From Desulfocapsa sp. (GTDB taxonomy: Bacteria > Desulfobacterota > Desulfobulbia > Desulfobulbales > Desulfocapsaceae): a stretch of 64,000 nt of DNA. The first letter of the stretch is position 1. Every line of letters starts with the position of its first letter. The translations under genes were made by a program, and so were the position numbers. The notes under the pieces were generated by a model. That model saw only the letters and a program-made list of their open reading frames with translations. It ran no database searches and had not been told where the DNA came from. Shown here in pieces: positions 59,479 through 64,000 of this stretch. The stretch covers positions 5,416-69,415 of the forward strand of contig JAIPEF010000001.1 of assembly GCA_021737265.1 (NCBI GenBank). Direction: 5' to 3'.

Positions 59479-61281
59479 ATGATGAATTTGAAAGGGAAAA
59501 AAATCGGATTTCTCACTCTCTGTTTTCTGGCACTCGGGACACAACTCAGCTATACCGCAACGGTTGTGGAGGAAGAAGAAAAAGAAAAGATTGATGACTG
59601 GGAGTATGTTGTCGAGGAAACAGAATATGACTCGGCCATGGCAAATGCTGTCCGTAAGAAAGCAGCTTCAGTGCCCATGCCCAATATGCAGGTCGCGGCA
59701 GAAGCTACGATGAGGAGCCCCAGCCCCCTTGGGTTTGCAGTGGGTGGAGCAAAGGATGCGGACAACTTTTTCCAGAATCTTGAAGAAGGGTATCTACCAC
59801 GCTACTCGTCCCTCAGCTATGAAGGATTATTCTATGACTACACCTTTGATACCGGCCAGGATCAGTTCTGTGACAGTTTATTTTGCCCCTCCTATGCACG
59901 CGGTATCAGCAGTGATATCTTCTCAGGCCAAACTGATTACTATCTGAGCCTGGGGTTGAATTCAGGGCTTACTGAGGCGAGCTTCCAGCGGAAACAATTA
60001 AACATCGTGGTTGTTCTTGATATCTCAGGCTCCATGTCCTCACCCTTCAACTCCTACTACTATGACACGCTGGGGCAGAGAAAAGAGAGATACGAAGGAG
60101 AGCCACAGAGCAAAATGAAAATTGCCAACCAGGCCATTGTGGCCATGCTTGACCATTTGCATGGTTCCGATCGCTTTGGCATGGTGCTCTTTGATGACCA
60201 GGGATACAGGGCTAAACCACTGCGCCTGGTTGATGAAACAGATATGGAAGCCATTGAGAGGCATATTCTTGCCTTACAGCCGCGCGGTGGAACCAATATG
60301 AGCAGCGGATTGCAAAAGGGTATTGCCCAGTTCGCAGAGCTTGGGGCCAGGCTCAAGGATCCTACTCTCTATGAAAACCGGATTATCTTTCTCACCGATG
60401 CCATGCCCAACCAGGGTGATTTGAGTAAAGGCGGCCTCTTCAGTATGGTACAGGCTGCCGCGACAAAGGACATCTACACCAGTTTTATCGGAGTGGGTGT
60501 TGATTTTAACCCCGATCTCATTGAAAGTATCACCAAGACCAGAGGCGCTAACTACTATGCTGTCCACTCAAGTGAAGATTTCAAAAAACGTCTGGATGAT
60601 GAGTTTGATTTCATGGTAACCCCACTGGTCTTTGACCTTGAACTGCAGCTGAGCAGTGATGACTATGAGATTGTCGGAGTTTTTGGTACACCGGAGGCGG
60701 ATCTCGCAAGCGGTCGGATGCTGAAGATCAACACCCTTTTCCCGAGTAGTACGGAAGAGGAGGAGGTGCGTGGCGGAGTGGTGCTGGTAAAACTGAAAAA
60801 ACGCAATGAGTCTAATCGGCCACTGCATCTGAATCTGTCCTACAGCGATCGCAGTGGAAAACATTTTTCAACGCAAGACACAGTGTCCTTCGCCCCAAAG
60901 AAAAGCCATTGGGATACCACGGGAATCCGCAAAGCAGTATTGCTCACCGAGTATGTCTCCCTGTTGAAAAACTGGCTCATGGACACTCGAAAGGGCTGCA
61001 ACGACAAGGTTTTTCCACCCATCCCCTTCCCTTACTCTAAACAGGGACTGATCAATCCCGATTTTCGCCCGGAACGGCCCCAGATTGAGACGTGGGAACA
61101 GCGCTCCTGCCCCCTTGAGGTTTCCGAGGGGTATCAGAAGCTGTTCACCCTGTTTTCCCGCCATTTTGGTAGTGAAATGGCAGCGCTGAGTGATGAAACC
61201 CTGCAAAAAGAGATGGACGTTTTAGATCGACTAAAAGGAAAAAAGAGCGGAAAAAGAGTGGACGATTGGAAAGTAGAATAA
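59479..61281 (+). CDS. Exported von Willebrand factor A domain protein
   Basis: Signal peptide; MIDAS DISGSMS, GGTN and LTDA; GGAKDADNF motif. Confidence 0.88.
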   Translation: MMNLKGKKIGFLTLCFLALGTQLSYTATVVEEEEKEKIDDWEYVVEETEYDSAMANAVRKKAASVPMPNMQVAAEATMRSPSPLGFAVGGAKDADNFFQNLEEGYLPRYSSLSYEGLFYDYTFDTGQDQFCDSLFCPSYARGISSDIFSGQTDYYLSLGLNSGLTEASFQRKQLNIVVVLDISGSMSSPFNSYYYDTLGQRKERYEGEPQSKMKIANQAIVAMLDHLHGSDRFGMVLFDDQGYRAKPLRLVDETDMEAIERHILALQPRGGTNMSSGLQKGIAQFAELGARLKDPTLYENRIIFLTDAMPNQGDLSKGGLFSMVQAAATKDIYTSFIGVGVDFNPDLIESITKTRGANYYAVHSSEDFKKRLDDEFDFMVTPLVFDLELQLSSDDYEIVGVFGTPEADLASGRMLKINTLFPSSTEEEEVRGGVVLVKLKKRNESNRPLHLNLSYSDRSGKHFSTQDTVSFAPKKSHWDTTGIRKAVLLTEYVSLLKNWLMDTRKGCNDKVFPPIPFPYSKQGLINPDFRPERPQIETWEQRSCPLEVSEGYQKLFTLFSRHFGSEMAALSDETLQKEMDVLDRLKGKKSGKRVDDWKVE

Positions 61282-61291
61282 ATACTTTTGA

Positions 61292-61397
61292 AAAAATGTC
61301 ACACGTGCTGCAGGTTCGCCTGTTTTCTTCGCTTCGCAATAGCCGTACTATGCGAAGTGGAGAAAACAGGCGAAGATGTGGTGCCTGGGGAATTTTT
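61292..61397 (+). repeat. Palindromic element, family 2
   Basis: TTCGCCTGTTTTCTTCGCTTCGCA-A-TAG-CCGTA-CTA-TGCGAAGTGGAGAAAACAGGCGAA flanked by CAGG and GATG. Confidence 0.75.
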
Positions 61398-62745
61398 AGC
61401 TACGGATCATTTCTGCTATCTGAAAAGCAACCTCAAGGCTCTGCTCTGCATTAAGGCGCGGATCACAGGTGGTGAGATAGTTATTGGCCAGTTCCGCATC
61501 CACGATGTTCCTGGCTCCACCGGTGCACTCGGTAACATTCTCACCAGTCATCTCCAGATGAATACCACCGGGGATAGTCCCTTCCGCCCAGTGAGTCTCG
61601 AAAAAGCAGGTTATCTCAGAAAGAATATCGTTAAAATTCCTTGTCTTATGTCCGGTTTCCGCTGTATAGGTGTTGGCGTGCATGGGGTCACAGCTCCAGA
61701 CGATATTATAGCCCTCTCTTTTGGACTCACGCAGGAGAGGCGGCAGGACCTTTTCGATGTTAGTCATTCCCAGGCGAGTGATCAGGGTGAGACGGCCCGC
61801 TTCATTTTCGGGGTTGAGCGCTTCGATGAGCCTCTTCACATTCTCAATGTCATAATCCGGTCCAATTTTGACACCAATCGGATTATTGACTCCACGCAGG
61901 AATTCCACATGGGCACCATCAATCTGCCGGGTCCGCTCTCCTATCCAGAGCATATGGGCAGAACAGTCATACCAGCCGCCACGGGTGGAATCCTCACGGG
62001 TAAGGGCCGTCTCATAGCCAAGAAGCAATGCCTCGTGGGAGGTAAAGAACTGCGCCTGTTTCATCTGCGGACTCTCAGAATCAATACCAATAGTCTCCAT
62101 GAACTGCAAGGCCTGGTTAATCTGTTTCCCAAGACGCTCATAGTTGCGGCCCATGGGAGACTGCTTCACAAACTCCTGGTTCCAGGCAGAAACACGATGA
62201 AGGGCGGCAAAACCACCACGGGTAAAGGCCCGCAGCAGGTTGAGGGTGGAAGCTGCCATATAATAGCCCTGAAGCATACGATTGGGGTCAGGAATACGGG
62301 CAGACTCACTCGGTTCCGGGCTGTTCACCATATCGCCTCGGTAGGACATAAGCTCAACACCATCCACCATCTCTGTATCTGCGGAACGCGGTTTGGCAAA
62401 CTGTCCGGCAATGCGACCCAGTTTGATCACCGGCTTGCCGCCGGCATAGGTCAGAACAACAGCCATCTGCAGCAGGACTTTCAAGGTCTCCCTGATTTTA
62501 GGGGCTGTCACATGGGAAAAATCTTCCGAACAGTCACCACCCTGGACCAGAAAGGCATCTCCCGTTACCGCCTTGGCCAGCAGTGCCTTGAGGTCACGGA
62601 TCTCACCGGCAAAAACCAGAGGGGGCAAGGTGGAGAGGTTTTCAAGCACTGCATCATGCACTGCCATATCCGGCCATTTGGGTTGCTGCAGCGCTGTAAA
62701 ATCCTGCCAGCTTGTTTTTGTCCAGTTGTTTTGGTCTGTTCCCAT
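61396..62745 (-). CDS. Class II DAHP synthase
   Basis: QGGDCSE, RIAGQFAKPRS, WIGERTRQ, DPMHAN and CDPRLN. Confidence 0.96.
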   Translation of the reverse strand: MGTDQNNWTKTSWQDFTALQQPKWPDMAVHDAVLENLSTLPPLVFAGEIRDLKALLAKAVTGDAFLVQGGDCSEDFSHVTAPKIRETLKVLLQMAVVLTYAGGKPVIKLGRIAGQFAKPRSADTEMVDGVELMSYRGDMVNSPEPSESARIPDPNRMLQGYYMAASTLNLLRAFTRGGFAALHRVSAWNQEFVKQSPMGRNYERLGKQINQALQFMETIGIDSESPQMKQAQFFTSHEALLLGYETALTREDSTRGGWYDCSAHMLWIGERTRQIDGAHVEFLRGVNNPIGVKIGPDYDIENVKRLIEALNPENEAGRLTLITRLGMTNIEKVLPPLLRESKREGYNIVWSCDPMHANTYTAETGHKTRNFNDILSEITCFFETHWAEGTIPGGIHLEMTGENVTECTGGARNIVDAELANNYLTTCDPRLNAEQSLEVAFQIAEMIRS

Positions 62746-62778
62746 AATCTTTCTCTCTAATATAAGTATCGTAACTGT

Positions 62779-63345
62779 TCAGGTGCACTTGTTAGAACTT
62801 CGACAGCAGATCTCAACATCAAAGGCATTCAAAATCCGCAATTCACTTTCTCTCTTTTTTCCTTCGGCAGGAGCCCTGAATTCAAGTTCCTTAACCATTT
62901 CCCGGGCACGACTACTGGAAGGAATTGCCTCCATCCCGGTGGCCAATACTTCTCCGGTTGCACTATCAAGCAACTCGGCATCACGACCGTTGGTCACCAC
63001 GGCATAAGGAATCTGGTACTCTGGTTCAAGAACCCTTGCCGCCGCAATGGCAGAACGTTCCCGGCTCACCAGTGAGCCGGGTCCATAACGGATTATAAGA
63101 AACTTTTTCCCCAGTTCTTTCAGGCTGACAGTAAGCTCAATGGTGGAGCGGACAAACTGGGTACTGAAAAGGGTTTCTATGAAACATCGCGGCTCCAGGT
63201 CTTCCTTTTCATAGCCCAGCTCTTCAACCATCATCCTCGACAACTCCTGACGATTTCGCTCATCATCGGTATCAGTGAGTTCCTCACCGGTGAGAAAATC
63301 GTTCAGTGTGCCATAGACTAAATGATGGCCAGAGGTATCAATCAT
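62779..63345 (-). CDS. Stand-alone HsdR N-terminal-like domain protein
   Basis: E..RQ...ELGY and YAVVTNG pattern; no helicase domain. Confidence 0.65.
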   Translation of the reverse strand: MIDTSGHHLVYGTLNDFLTGEELTDTDDERNRQELSRMMVEELGYEKEDLEPRCFIETLFSTQFVRSTIELTVSLKELGKKFLIIRYGPGSLVSRERSAIAAARVLEPEYQIPYAVVTNGRDAELLDSATGEVLATGMEAIPSSSRAREMVKELEFRAPAEGKKRESELRILNAFDVEICCRSSNKCT

Positions 63346-63414
63346 GCCCATTCCTCCAAACAAGAATGCCCTTCCTCTTCAAGGAAGGGCATCGAAACAG
63401 CTTCCTATTGGATT

Positions 63415-64000
63415 CTACAGCTCGAGCCAGGATTCGGAGAATACAGCCTGTCCGGAAAGTGCCTTGTAGGTCTTGTAGTGCTCAAGGGCAACCCCTGAAA
63501 GACTGGAAGCACCCGGATCATCACCATCCATCATCGCATGCACCATATCCACATGCTCCTGGCGCTCACCCTTACAGATTGCCATGAGCTCCGCGTCATA
63601 GGAGTTGACAATGGCTGTGGTGATACCATATTTCATCAGCATGATCAGGTAGGTACGGTCAAGGTACTTCCGCAGGTTATCAGCAACACCATTGGAGACA
63701 TTGGAGAGGCCAACGGTGGAACCGGCACCGGGGGCGATATCCGGCAGCATCATCATGAATTCAAGGCCGGCATTGATCTGGTCGGCGCCAAGGGTAATAG
63801 GTGTTCCGATGGGATCAAAGAGGATTTTCTCATTGGGAATACCGCCTTCATTCAGTGCCATCATCAAATCAACAGACATGGCCGCACGCTCCGCGGAATC
63901 ACGAGGCATGCCATCGGCACCCCAGAGAAGTGCAATAACGTCACACTTCATCTCTGCAGCAACAGGAATCATCTTCTCCATCCGTTCGGGCTGAGCAGAA
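63415..64000 (-). CDS. acsE: Methyltetrahydrofolate:corrinoid methyltransferase AcsE (pterin-binding fold), 5' end outside the window
   Basis: G.P.D..ER, FDP and GLSNVSNG motifs; frame open to the window edge. Confidence 0.75.
   Translation of the reverse strand, partial: SAQPERMEKMIPVAAEMKCDVIALLWGADGMPRDSAERAAMSVDLMMALNEGGIPNEKILFDPIGTPITLGADQINAGLEFMMMLPDIAPGAGSTVGLSNVSNGVADNLRKYLDRTYLIMLMKYGITTAIVNSYDAELMAICKGERQEHVDMVHAMMDGDDPGASSLSGVALEHYKTYKALSGQAVFSESWLEL

Noticed and set aside
16693-61397. Palindromic repeats as a CRISPR array
   Set aside because: Copies are dispersed, long and divergent; no repeat-spacer periodicity and no cas genes
61288-62760. 490-aa plus-strand ORF
   Set aside because: Antisense shadow of the class II DAHP synthase; no motifs
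62779-63363. Type I restriction-modification system
   Set aside because: Only a short N-terminal-like domain; no helicase, HsdM or HsdS

Overview
Bacterial chromosomal window. Gene content points to a sulfur- or sulfate-metabolising Desulfobacterota, most like Desulfocapsaceae/Desulfobulbaceae; this is inferred from protein character, not from a search. Housekeeping genes: fabI, msrAB, pyrG-kdsA-kdsC-lptC, trmO, hemC, pcnB, hisS-aspS, class II DAHP synthase and a partial acsE. Nickel and hydrogen metabolism: nikR plus an ECF-type nikMLQO transporter, a detached DUF4198 gene with a NikR-like operator, and a membrane-bound [NiFe] uptake hydrogenase operon with hyp genes. Signalling: a PAS-GGDEF-EAL gene, a Cache-PAS-HD-GYP gene and a two-component pair. 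The most notable unit is at 50.3-52.8 kb: a sigma54-type promoter, then a c-di-GMP-I riboswitch with an overlapping terminator (predicted ON switch), then a 10-heme OTR-like cytochrome carrying N-terminal MopE-type Asp/Cys repeats. Also notable: two families of dispersed palindromic elements with compensatory stem changes, a selenobiotic-type radical SAM maturase with no adjacent precursor, an AT-rich PD-(D/E)XK-like orphan gene, and several probable gene lesions. No rRNA, tRNA, CRISPR array or transposase was recognised. All calls were made by eye, without database searches.
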